A stretch of 64,000 nucleotides of DNA, taken from contig CAWBTT010000004.1 in NCBI GenBank assembly GCA_963791815.1, positions 130,215 through 194,214 on the forward strand, written 5' to 3'. The notes beneath the pieces were generated by a model. The model was not told where the DNA came from and did no database searches. It worked only from the letters and a program-made list of their open reading frames with translations. Positions 8,842 to 17,620 of the stretch are shown piece by piece. This DNA comes from an uncultured Candidatus Micrarchaeota archaeon. GTDB lineage: Archaea > Micrarchaeota > Micrarchaeia > Anstonellales > Bilamarchaeaceae. Positions within the stretch are counted from its first letter, which is position 1. The number at the start of each line of letters is the position of its first letter. Position numbers and translations under genes: made by a program.

Positions 8842-11800
8842 TTATCTGGAACGACGAGCCGCTGCTGTCGGTGAAGTGCTCCTTGGTGATACGATTACCA
8901 CCGGGGTGCTCTCTCCGACCACGTAGGTCCAGCTCTGGTTGTGATCTGTCGGAGCGCAGACTGATTCCATATTTCTGCGGAATCGTTCGTCACGTACAGG
9001 CTCGAATCCACTGGTGCCCTCTATCCTGAAAAGCACATCAGAAGGCCTAACACGCTGTCGACCGTCCATAACAGGAACCCACTCGCGTCCGCTTGTTGGG
9101 CTTTCTCCTGAAGGCCTAACACGAACGACTGCCCTGGGGATTACTGTCCCATCAGTCAAGGTTACATTGTTAATAACCTGGCCGATGTGAGAACGTCTCC
9201 TGGCTTCTATAGTACTTGTCGGGTCATACTGCGGATTCCTAAGATACTGGGTTATCTGCCCATCCTGGTCGCGCCTTCCGAGGTTCTGATATACGAACCA
9301 GTAGTAGGTCAGGTTGACTGTCCTCTGGTGCTGTCTCTGATACCTCCTGTGGAAGTCTGCGAAGCTCATTGTGTCTCCGTCCGCTTCACGGACCATGACC
9401 TGCTCTGCAGTGAATCTTACCCTGCTTGATGAACCCCTAGAGTATCTCTCCTGCTCAATGCTTGTCCTTGGAACGTAGAACGAAAGCTGCGCAAGGTCGT
9501 CTGTAAGCCTTCCCTGCTGCTCTGGGTCTGGGAATCGGCTGAGGATGCTATCATCAAGGCTTGCGATTGCGAGTTCTGCTGTTGCAATTGCCAATCTTGG
9601 GTTCATGCGCCCAGTGAAAAGGTCGCTGCCCCTGTCTCTGTGAAGCGCTCCGCGCAGTGTTGTAAGCAAACGCTCAGCCTCAACTGCCCGAGTTACATAC
9701 ATTACTCTTGGGTCGCGGCTTCTTGCAAGGTCCCTTCTTGCGAACCTTGTTCCGCTTGCGACTGCGATTTCACCGTCCAATCTTGTCCTGAGTTCTCCAA
9801 GCCTTGTATCTAATATAGATATAAGCTGGCCGTTTGCTGATGCAAGTGTCTCAGTTGGCGTTGCAGTTGCGTATCCCTGTGAAATCTGCCACATCCTGCT
9901 CCGGAGTGGTGCTGGATCAATTGTCCTAAGCCACTGCGGGGTCTGCCCATTGCCCCGGAGAATCGCAAGTCTGTAAAGCTCGATATAAAGGCTTCCATAC
10001 TGGGCAATCCTCATATCCTCCTGAGGATTGCTTCCAAGGTTGGCATCGCCGCCAGTATTTGGCTCAGGAACGATGTGCTGGTCAACTTCTGAAACAGAAG
10101 TTCTTCCCCTTCCTGTGCTTCCCCTGAGTATCGGATGTCCACCTCTCTGTATTGGTTCGGTGGGATTACGCCCGACTGAAGGCTGCAGTAATGCGAATGC
10201 CCTTCTTGATGCGGCGTCCCTTGACCCGTAAGCTGAAACCGCGAATCTGGGTGTGCCTCTTACTCCAACAAGAAGTCTGAGGAACCTCTCTTCTGCCAGT
10301 TGTGCGGCCTGGGCTCTTTCAGCATCAGTTGGATTGGCAATATCAGCAACAGTAACTTCCTGTGATGAAGGCGATGCGTATGCCTGGTTTGTCGCTATTG
10401 TTGCAGGCGATTCAAGAACCCTGAAAGTAGCAGGCGCAAGAGCGTTGATTGCTGCATCTGCTATTGCTCCTGATATGTTGGGGTGGAAACCTGAATCGAC
10501 TTGCGGTGATGAGAAGCACCATACGAATGCCTGCTGTGCCTGCTGAATCATTGCATCGGCACGGCCAAGCCTTTCCTGTGAAAGGTTTGCCCGAATTGAG
10601 CTGGTTGACCTCCAAAGCTGAGCCTCACGGATTGAAGCGAGACTGAGTGCCATGTAATATAATGTATCAGACATCTGCGGAACCTGCGCCACGTCCACAG
10701 TTCCCTGAGAAGCTGTAATCCAGGCATTTGCCGCCTGAATCATCGGGTCTGTTGCTGGAAGTCCTGAACCAGTTACAACTTCCTGCAGAGAACTCCTTGC
10801 AAGAGTGAGCCGGGCAGTGCCTTGAAGCTCTGCCTCACTAAGAGGCTGTGGCGGATATGCTGCCATATCAAGCGCGAGCCGGTACCTTGCATACTCGTAG
10901 CGGATGTTGGGCCTGAGCCTCCTCATTGTCGCCATTGTCCTTATTGAAGATGAAACTGCACTAGGCGCTGCCGGGGCGAGTCTTGAAACTTCCAGGTAAA
11001 GCTTGTGCAAAACATCCTCATACCTGAAATCCCGGTTTCTCATAAGGGCAGGCAAAAGTTCAGTTTCTGCACGGCGCACCTGGGCATCTGTAATTGGAAC
11101 CCCGGTATGCCTAAGATATGCCCTTGCCATACTGCGCCTTGTGCCTGCAGTATAAAGTCTGTAAGGAATGAAATCTGAATCAAGCAATGTTGAGACTGCA
11201 TTTGCATATGCGGTCCTAAGCTGGATTCTTCTTGGAGTATCAAGGCCTGCTATGTTCTGCCCCCTTGTGAATTCCCAAAGGTCCACAACTGCGCGGATGA
11301 CCTGTTCTTCTGATACAACTGACTCATAAAGTTCATTGACAAGATGGTATGAGAGAGAACCTCCCCCCTGCGCACCCTGAAGAACCTGCCTTGCACGCGT
11401 AAGCCTTTCTTCCATTGAGCTTCTGATGTCTTCCCTTCCGGTACGGACACGGCGAAGAACTCTTGTGCCATCAGCATTTCTTACAGGTACATAATCATAG
11501 GTTCCCCTGCTCTGGCCATCAGCCCTTGCCGCTGCCGCAACCTCTGCTCTTGTTGGAAGGTGACTTCCATCAATTGCCTGGAGAGATGCCTGCGCGATTG
11601 GAACAACAAACTGCTCGAGCCTCTGGCGCATGAGCTGCTGCTCCTGGGTAAATATTGTATTGGCTGCTGTGAGTTTTTCCCTGGCAAGAGTTTCGTTGCC
11701 CGCTCGAATAGCATCGCGTGCCTCACCAATTCTTGTAACCATGCGTGATGCTGGACTTTCACCAAGAAGAAGCGCATCGTTAAGCCTTCCGATAAGGTTG

Positions 11801-12849
11801 TTTGCAAGATTTCTCCTTTCCTGTGAAACTGACTGGTCTGCTGCGACCGCCTGAAGGTCTGTAAGTATTGAGGTTACCCTCTGCGAAAGAGGATGTGCCG
11901 CTGCAGTGTCAACACCAGGAATATCGGTCATCCTTGCCTGTGCTGCTCTTGTCTGGGACCGTGCGAGTTCACTTGAAACTACACGTTCTGCTGCTGTGAC
12001 AAGCCTTGCAAGCTGGCGTTCCCTTGGGCCGCCGGTCCTGTTAAGTTCTGCATTCAATCTGGTAAGAGCCTGCTCAGCGCTCCTTCGAACGCCAGCATTT
12101 CTCCCATAATTAGAAATTACTTCAAGATTGTCGCGAAGCTGTCCGTGCTGCGGCGCTGCTGCAACTGCGGGTTCTGGCTGCGCTTCAACTCTCGCTGGAA
12201 CGGTTTCCCTTGCTGATGGTCTTTCAGTAGGTGCTGCAACTGGGGCAGGTGCTACTGTTGGCTGCGGGGTTGCCTGCGCGAGAACTGGGCCGACAGACGA
12301 ATCAGCCGATGGGGTGCCGAGCGCTGCCATGACCCTCTGCTCAAGAAGTTGAAGGCCTGCTGCATCGAGTGCCGCATCCCTTCCTCTTCCGAGCCATGTA
12401 TTCATTGAGCGGAATTTGTCTCTGTCTGTTGAACCTGAAATTGGAATGACTGCCTGGCCGCCGTTTGATGGGCGAAGCCTCTGGTCAAGTTGAACCAAAG
12501 CAGCAAGAAGTCTTCTCACGTTCGCATCAGTATAAGTAACCTGCACTGGTGTGATTCCCGCTTCCTGCATCTGGGTGAATGTACCCCGAATTGCAGTGAA
12601 ATGAGTAGTGAGATTTTCATAAGCCTGTTGTACTGCCCTAACATCTACCCGTGACTCTTGCGCATGCGCCTCTTTCATAGCCGGTTCTCCCATAATAGCA
12701 CCCATAAAACTCGCGACAAAAATTGCGCGATGGAAGAACCTCTTAACGGCTCCCCCAGTACCTTTTCTGTTAGTAGAATTTAAAGGTTCTCTATGGCGGC
12801 GATTCTCGTCTTTCTGTTCAGCAGAATAATTTAGTTTTGGACCTCCCAT
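8842..12849 (-). CDS. orphan 1335-aa Ala/Arg/Gln/Leu-rich, predominantly helical protein with N-terminal hydrophobic anchor
   Basis: Uninterrupted 4-kb ORF. KRFFHRAIFVASFMGAIMGEPAMKEAHA resembles a signal or anchor segment. A Pro/Ala linker follows (TPQPTVAPAPVAAPTERP). Eight Lys in total, five of them in the first 59 residues. No family recognised. Confidence 0.6.
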   Translation of the reverse strand: MGGPKLNYSAEQKDENRRHREPLNSTNRKGTGGAVKRFFHRAIFVASFMGAIMGEPAMKEAHAQESRVDVRAVQQAYENLTTHFTAIRGTFTQMQEAGITPVQVTYTDANVRRLLAALVQLDQRLRPSNGGQAVIPISGSTDRDKFRSMNTWLGRGRDAALDAAGLQLLEQRVMAALGTPSADSSVGPVLAQATPQPTVAPAPVAAPTERPSARETVPARVEAQPEPAVAAAPQHGQLRDNLEVISNYGRNAGVRRSAEQALTRLNAELNRTGGPRERQLARLVTAAERVVSSELARSQTRAAQARMTDIPGVDTAAAHPLSQRVTSILTDLQAVAADQSVSQERRNLANNLIGRLNDALLLGESPASRMVTRIGEARDAIRAGNETLAREKLTAANTIFTQEQQLMRQRLEQFVVPIAQASLQAIDGSHLPTRAEVAAAARADGQSRGTYDYVPVRNADGTRVLRRVRTGREDIRSSMEERLTRARQVLQGAQGGGSLSYHLVNELYESVVSEEQVIRAVVDLWEFTRGQNIAGLDTPRRIQLRTAYANAVSTLLDSDFIPYRLYTAGTRRSMARAYLRHTGVPITDAQVRRAETELLPALMRNRDFRYEDVLHKLYLEVSRLAPAAPSAVSSSIRTMATMRRLRPNIRYEYARYRLALDMAAYPPQPLSEAELQGTARLTLARSSLQEVVTGSGLPATDPMIQAANAWITASQGTVDVAQVPQMSDTLYYMALSLASIREAQLWRSTSSIRANLSQERLGRADAMIQQAQQAFVWCFSSPQVDSGFHPNISGAIADAAINALAPATFRVLESPATIATNQAYASPSSQEVTVADIANPTDAERAQAAQLAEERFLRLLVGVRGTPRFAVSAYGSRDAASRRAFALLQPSVGRNPTEPIQRGGHPILRGSTGRGRTSVSEVDQHIVPEPNTGGDANLGSNPQEDMRIAQYGSLYIELYRLAILRGNGQTPQWLRTIDPAPLRSRMWQISQGYATATPTETLASANGQLISILDTRLGELRTRLDGEIAVASGTRFARRDLARSRDPRVMYVTRAVEAERLLTTLRGALHRDRGSDLFTGRMNPRLAIATAELAIASLDDSILSRFPDPEQQGRLTDDLAQLSFYVPRTSIEQERYSRGSSSRVRFTAEQVMVREADGDTMSFADFHRRYQRQHQRTVNLTYYWFVYQNLGRRDQDGQITQYLRNPQYDPTSTIEARRRSHIGQVINNVTLTDGTVIPRAVVRVRPSGESPTSGREWVPVMDGRQRVRPSDVLFRIEGTSGFEPVRDERFRRNMESVCAPTDHNQSWTYVVGESTPVVIVSPRSTSPTAAARRSR

Positions 12850-13089
12850 TTAGCCATCCTCATTTAACATTACTATATACTATTTGAAACAAATGATTTA
12901 AAAACCATTGTTTTCCACTTTTCACTATTTTTCGGATTGTTTTTATGACTGTTTCAAACACAAAAGAATGATTACTATAAAATGCCTAATAGTGTTTAAA
13001 AAAGGTGGCTTAAGAGCGGAATTGAAGGAATCCCAATAAAAAACGTATTTTACTACAGAATACAAGTGAGATTTTCTAAAAAATCAAAA

Positions 13090-13926
13090 ATGCCCAGTTT
13101 TCGTGATGCAGGAGTGAGGAAACCATTTTGCAAAGCAGTGGTATTACTTTCATTCGTCTTCTCCTGTGGGGAAGCCGCGCATGAACCCATAGGGCAAAGA
13201 CCGGTCCGGGAAGAAGCAAGGCAGGTTGAGATAGAAGATGACTGCCTGGATAGGTATTTTGATTCTGACATCTCACCACCACTTTCTTTTGGAAAGGGAC
13301 TTGGCAGGGACAGGAGGGTCCGCGAAATGCGAATGGAAGTGGAAGATTTGTATTCAAAAATGAGACGAGGTTCTGAAAGCGCCGAATATTATGCAGAGTT
13401 TTTCAGCAAAGCCAGGCACTCTAATGGAGATTTGATGTTCCCAGGTGCTGCAGATGTTATCAGTGGAAATGTTTTCCCGAATGCGAGTTCCAAAAGGTTG
13501 GCTGGAAGAAGAATGGCAAAATCAATGAGAACAACAAGATTCCCAAATGCATATGCGCTTCTAAATTCAATGCCGAAAACAGCTGTTGTGCTCGTTGACA
13601 GGGTGAATCGCCCTCGAAGCGGAATGGATGTTGAACATGCAGAAGATATCGCTGGTTTTTTCCGCGCGCTGCTTGGATTCCAAAACAGGATGGGCTCTGA
13701 GCAGGAACTCTGTGATTTCCAGCCGAACATGAGCAGAGAGCAATTGAATGAATTTGATTCATATTATTCTAATAAGATATTAAACTGGAATAATCCAGTA
13801 ACAGGAAAACGAGTTTGTACTAATTGCAAGAAGTCAATCGAAACGGGAGATTTTGAAAGATTCGGATTGACAAGGTTTCCTGACGGAATGGAAGCTGCAT
13901 TCTGCAGACAAATAGAAACAGATTAA
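13090..13926 (+). CDS. putative lipoprotein (orphan)
   Basis: KPFCKAVVLLSFVFSCGE signal with lipobox-like Cys. C-terminal CTNC...C cluster. The ORF opens at GTG 13066; ATG 13090 is preferred. Confidence 0.5.
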   Translation: MPSFRDAGVRKPFCKAVVLLSFVFSCGEAAHEPIGQRPVREEARQVEIEDDCLDRYFDSDISPPLSFGKGLGRDRRVREMRMEVEDLYSKMRRGSESAEYYAEFFSKARHSNGDLMFPGAADVISGNVFPNASSKRLAGRRMAKSMRTTRFPNAYALLNSMPKTAVVLVDRVNRPRSGMDVEHAEDIAGFFRALLGFQNRMGSEQELCDFQPNMSREQLNEFDSYYSNKILNWNNPVTGKRVCTNCKKSIETGDFERFGLTRFPDGMEAAFCRQIETD

Positions 13927-13950
13927 TATTTCACAGTATAGTTGTGGGAC

Positions 13951-14646
13951 ATGTACAGACGATATTACTATTCGGTTCCTTATCAGTCGATAAAAAAAGC
14001 AAAGAAGTTCGCAACCAGGATGAAAAAATCCTGGGGCGCCAAGGTCAGTGCAGAGAAGAGGCAACTAACTGGGGTAGTAATGAAGAAGGGAAGCCGGGCA
14101 AAGAAGGTCACAGTAGTAACAAGTTATGATTTTGAAGTGGATAATCTTAGAGAGCTTTATGATAGCGAGATGCTAAATGGCCACCTTGATGCGCGTGCTC
14201 ATAAAGTAAAGAAAAATTTCGACATTAGAAGTTTGGTTAAAAAAGATTTGAAAAAATGCCTGAAGGAAGATGAGAAGCTGGAGCTCAGTTGTCCTTTAGA
14301 AGCTATGAACATTGTCAGAAAAGCAGTCGGACTTAAGCCTTTGGCAAAGGATTTCTTTGGAAAAAGGAAGGGCATGGAAATACTCAGGGTTTTGGCAAAG
14401 AAATCAAAAATAGAGACATACAAAATTGAGAAATTGTCGACGATGAACAAAGCCATGGTCCAGATACTCAAAGTTGGGAAATACAAAAAGAAGAAAGGCA
14501 CTCTGGCCATTACTGTTGAGTTCAAGAACAAGGTAAAGTTTGTCCAGGTTTCAAAACTGATTATGGAGAAATTCAGAAACATAGAAACTATCGAGAAAAT
14601 GGATTATCCCACAGGGAAAGGAATCCTTATTGTTGCAAAATACTGA
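13951..14646 (+). CDS. Lys-rich hypothetical protein
   Basis: Open frame in an AT-rich segment. Very basic K-rich sequence with no motif recognised. The ORF opens at TTG 13942; the first ATG is at 13951. Confidence 0.4.
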   Translation: MYRRYYYSVPYQSIKKAKKFATRMKKSWGAKVSAEKRQLTGVVMKKGSRAKKVTVVTSYDFEVDNLRELYDSEMLNGHLDARAHKVKKNFDIRSLVKKDLKKCLKEDEKLELSCPLEAMNIVRKAVGLKPLAKDFFGKRKGMEILRVLAKKSKIETYKIEKLSTMNKAMVQILKVGKYKKKKGTLAITVEFKNKVKFVQVSKLIMEKFRNIETIEKMDYPTGKGILIVAKY

Positions 14647-14647
14647 C

Positions 14648-14720
14648 GAAGGAAAAGTGCAGGGGAAGACAATCGAACAAGTTCAAAATCTTCCCTAGGC
14701 AAGAACTACGTCGGACTAAT
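14648..14720 (-). repeat. degenerate partial copy of the tRNA-Leu 3' half plus 3' flank
   Basis: 14648-14678 matches 14754-14784 at 28 of 31 positions (gaaggaaaagtgcaNgggaaga..tcgaac). cggactaa at 14712-14719 matches 14792-14799. Confidence 0.5.
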
Positions 14721-14763
14721 GAAGTTTTGTGCACTTTTAACATGAGCAGAACAGAAGGAAAAG

Positions 14764-14847
14764 TGCAAGGGAAGAGATTCGAACTCTCGAACGGACTAAC
14801 CGACCAGGCCCTGAACCTGGCGCCTTTGACCACTTGGCGACCCCTGC
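14764..14847 (-). tRNA. tRNA-Leu (anticodon CAG), no intron
   Basis: Reverse complement is GCAGGGGTCGCCAAGTGGTCAAAGGCGCCAGGTTCAGGGCCTGGTCGGTTAGTCCGTTCGAGAGTTCGAATCTCTTCCCTTGCA. It folds as a cloverleaf with a long variable arm and anticodon loop TTCAGGG. Confidence 0.9.
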
Positions 14848-14905
14848 TTGTAAGTTTTAGTCAAAAAACAGATTAGGGAATTAGATGATACAACCAAATA
14901 AAATA

Positions 14906-16141
14906 CTAATCCTCAGCCTTTGCAAACTCAACCGGCTGCCTTGTGTATGCCCGTGTTCCGGAAGGAACGTTCTTGTTTATTGAAACTCCGGAGTGAATCC
15001 AGCAGTCCTTCCCGATTATTTTTCCTGGCATGGTGCAGGAGAGCACGCCGAATTTTGTGTTGTCCCCTATTATTGCCCCGAGTTTTTTCCTGCCCGTATT
15101 CACCCAGCCTTTTTCAGTAAGCACATTGATGTATCCTTCATCAAAACGGAAGTTCGCAATCTGGGTGCCGGAGCCGAAGTTGACATTTTCGCCGATTACA
15201 CTGTCCCCGATATATGTGAGGTGTTTGGCATTTACATTGTCAAAGAGGATACTGTTTTTCACTGTCGAGCCTGCGCCGATTGAGCAGTTTCTCCCTATTG
15301 AGTTGAAACCGCGGATATATGCATTCGGGCCAATCACTGTTCCTTTTCCTATGTATGAGCAGCCCTCAACATAGCTGTGGGTAATTTTTGCCCCTTCTTC
15401 CATGATTACTTTGCCGTTTATTGTTGAGTTGTCCACCGCTCCGGACTGCGACTCAAGTTTCTGAAGAAGGAATTCATTAGCACCAAAAAGATCCCATGGA
15501 TATCCGATGTCTCTCCAATAGCCATCTACAACTACCGCAGTTGAACCGACAAGAATATTTGTAAGCTCATATTCTCCGCGCTCAGATTTCCCGACTGATT
15601 TCAAATCATTCAAGGCAGTTGGCTCCATACAGTAAACAGAAAGGTTTGCAAGGTCAGTTTTCGGGTGCTGTGGTTTTTCCTCAAATAAACTCACTTTCCC
15701 CCCTGAGATTTCAACAACTCCATATTCCCTAGGGTTCTTCACTTTCTTTACCGCGAGTGTGATGCGGCCTTCGCGTCCTTCAATAACGCTCTTGATTACC
15801 GCTGACTCTGTGATTGTATCTCCTGCTAGCACGACAAAAGTATCATTGAGTTCGGATTCTGCGCAAAGCAGCGCTGTTCCTGTCCCTTTCTCAGGACCCT
15901 GCTCAATGAATTTCAGCTTGATTCCCAAATCAACTTCTGAGAAGTAGTCGATGATTTTTTCCTTCATGTACCTGACTATTATGAGCGCTTCGCTGATTCC
16001 GGCTTTCTTAGCTTCTACCAAAAGATGGTGCAGGATTGGTTTTCCTGCGACATAGAGCATTGCCTTTGGCCTCGTAAGTGTAAGAGGCCGGAGCCGCACC
16101 CCCTCGCCTGCTGCCAGAATTACTGCTTTCATTAGAATCAT
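14906..16141 (-). CDS. bifunctional sugar-1-phosphate nucleotidyltransferase/acetyltransferase (GlmU-like, N-terminal NTP-transferase plus left-handed beta-helix)
   Basis: KAVILAAGEGVRLRPLT nucleotidyltransferase motif. C-terminal hexapeptide repeats (IGDSVIGENVNFGSGTQI and others). Confidence 0.8.
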   Translation of the reverse strand: MILMKAVILAAGEGVRLRPLTLTRPKAMLYVAGKPILHHLLVEAKKAGISEALIIVRYMKEKIIDYFSEVDLGIKLKFIEQGPEKGTGTALLCAESELNDTFVVLAGDTITESAVIKSVIEGREGRITLAVKKVKNPREYGVVEISGGKVSLFEEKPQHPKTDLANLSVYCMEPTALNDLKSVGKSERGEYELTNILVGSTAVVVDGYWRDIGYPWDLFGANEFLLQKLESQSGAVDNSTINGKVIMEEGAKITHSYVEGCSYIGKGTVIGPNAYIRGFNSIGRNCSIGAGSTVKNSILFDNVNAKHLTYIGDSVIGENVNFGSGTQIANFRFDEGYINVLTEKGWVNTGRKKLGAIIGDNTKFGVLSCTMPGKIIGKDCWIHSGVSINKNVPSGTRAYTRQPVEFAKAED

Positions 16142-16217
16142 CTTGTTCTCTGAAATTTAAGTGCTTTATGTATAACAAACATAATCATTTATAAATTGTA
16201 ACAAATAAAGTAAAGTG

Positions 16218-16955
16218 ATGCGCAAAAGAAAGAGCCTGGCTTTCAAAAGAGAAAAGCCAACTATGACAAAGAATCTTTTTTTCTCAACACTTGCCTTTGC
16301 AGCGACAATAACTTCTTGCGCGCCGGCTGTCACAGCACTCCCAAGAAGAGAGATTCAAAGGGAAACCACGATTACTGAGACAATAAGAAGAACTGAAAGA
16401 GCATGCAGAGTTGACCCAAGGAACTGGCTTAGGAAAGGGGAGAGGCTCAGGGGAACTGTGTGCAGGGACGGAAGGATTTTCGCACTGACAGAGGGCAGCC
16501 TCCTGATAGGAAGAGAGGCAACCGGAGACTTCTTTTTCAGTGACATCACACTCGAATCAAGCCATTCCAGAACAGATATGGCAGGGATACTTCGGGCAGG
16601 CCTGGTCGATTGGACAGCCTCACAAGACACTGCATATTTCCTGACAAGAGACAGGATGCTTACGCCAATCCCTGTTGGAGATATGGGAGAGCGGCTTAAC
16701 TCATATGAGATTCCAGCTGCGTACCTAAGCGGAAAGATGGAATTCCACAACGACTTTCTTTTGATTGCAGGAGCAGGAAAGATAATGGCAGTATCGTTTG
16801 ACCCGCACCTGGATTCAAGAGAGATACCATTCAGATTAAGAACAAAAACCGCAGATTTTTTCCAGCGTGAAGGAAAACTGTTTTTCGGAAATGAAAGAGA
16901 AAGAATAGAAATAATTTTTGAGAGCTCAAGGCTCTCAGATATCCGGGTTCGCTAA
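16218..16955 (+). CDS. putative lipoprotein (orphan)
   Basis: MTKNLFFSTLAFAATITSC signal with lipobox-like Cys. atttataaatt lies about 30 nt upstream of ATG 16218. Confidence 0.5.
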   Translation: MRKRKSLAFKREKPTMTKNLFFSTLAFAATITSCAPAVTALPRREIQRETTITETIRRTERACRVDPRNWLRKGERLRGTVCRDGRIFALTEGSLLIGREATGDFFFSDITLESSHSRTDMAGILRAGLVDWTASQDTAYFLTRDRMLTPIPVGDMGERLNSYEIPAAYLSGKMEFHNDFLLIAGAGKIMAVSFDPHLDSREIPFRLRTKTADFFQREGKLFFGNERERIEIIFESSRLSDIRVR

Positions 16956-17614
16956 CCGCTTGAGGGGCGTCTTCTAATAGACGCTACAGTAATAAGGTCC
17001 TCAGGCCTCTGGCCACCCAGCATGGACCTTTCCATACGGTTGTACCTGCCCACATAAGTTCTTGCAAACTGCTGACGCTGTGCTGCATTCAACTGTCTTC
17101 GGGCGCCAGTAGATGAAACTGCATAAACTCTCATTCCAGAAGCGCCTTCTACAAGAGCTTGGCGAAGTTGGCCCAATCTTGAACGTGCAAGGCCGGCAGT
17201 TCCAGTTCCGCTTCTTGCAGGCAGTTCAGTTCTGCTTACAACCTCATATGTACGAGTTCCCATAGTTACGCGGTAGGCATATGTCCTCTCAGGAGTTCTT
17301 CTTGGAACAGTTCTAATGGTTGGGCTGCGCACAGGTCCGTGGAGAAGGGTAAGATCACTAAGAATTTCCCTCCTCTGTCTTGGACGTGCGCGTCCATTTG
17401 CCATCGTAGAGGCTATCCTATTCAAATCATTGACATCCAGCCAGCTCTGATTTACAGCAACATTCTGGCCCCTTGCGAGCCTCCCTGCTAAGCCCATGAT
17501 TGTTGTGGCCTGCTGCCGGGAATACCCCCCGCTAATAAGCTGCTGCTGAATCTGCATGTTGAACTGCTGCATTGTCATTCCAGGTTGTTGTGTCCTTCTT
17601 CTTGATTGCGCCAT
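16952..17614 (-). CDS. Arg/Gln-rich lysine-free orphan protein, paralogue of 17621..18115
   Basis: GAGGTGAT Shine-Dalgarno 6 nt upstream of the ATG. No Lys in 220 aa. The core YRVTMGTRTYEVVSRTELPARSG aligns with the upstream paralogue. Confidence 0.6.
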   Translation of the reverse strand: MAQSRRRTQQPGMTMQQFNMQIQQQLISGGYSRQQATTIMGLAGRLARGQNVAVNQSWLDVNDLNRIASTMANGRARPRQRREILSDLTLLHGPVRSPTIRTVPRRTPERTYAYRVTMGTRTYEVVSRTELPARSGTGTAGLARSRLGQLRQALVEGASGMRVYAVSSTGARRQLNAAQRQQFARTYVGRYNRMERSMLGGQRPEDLITVASIRRRPSSG

Positions 17615-17620
17615 ACGAAA

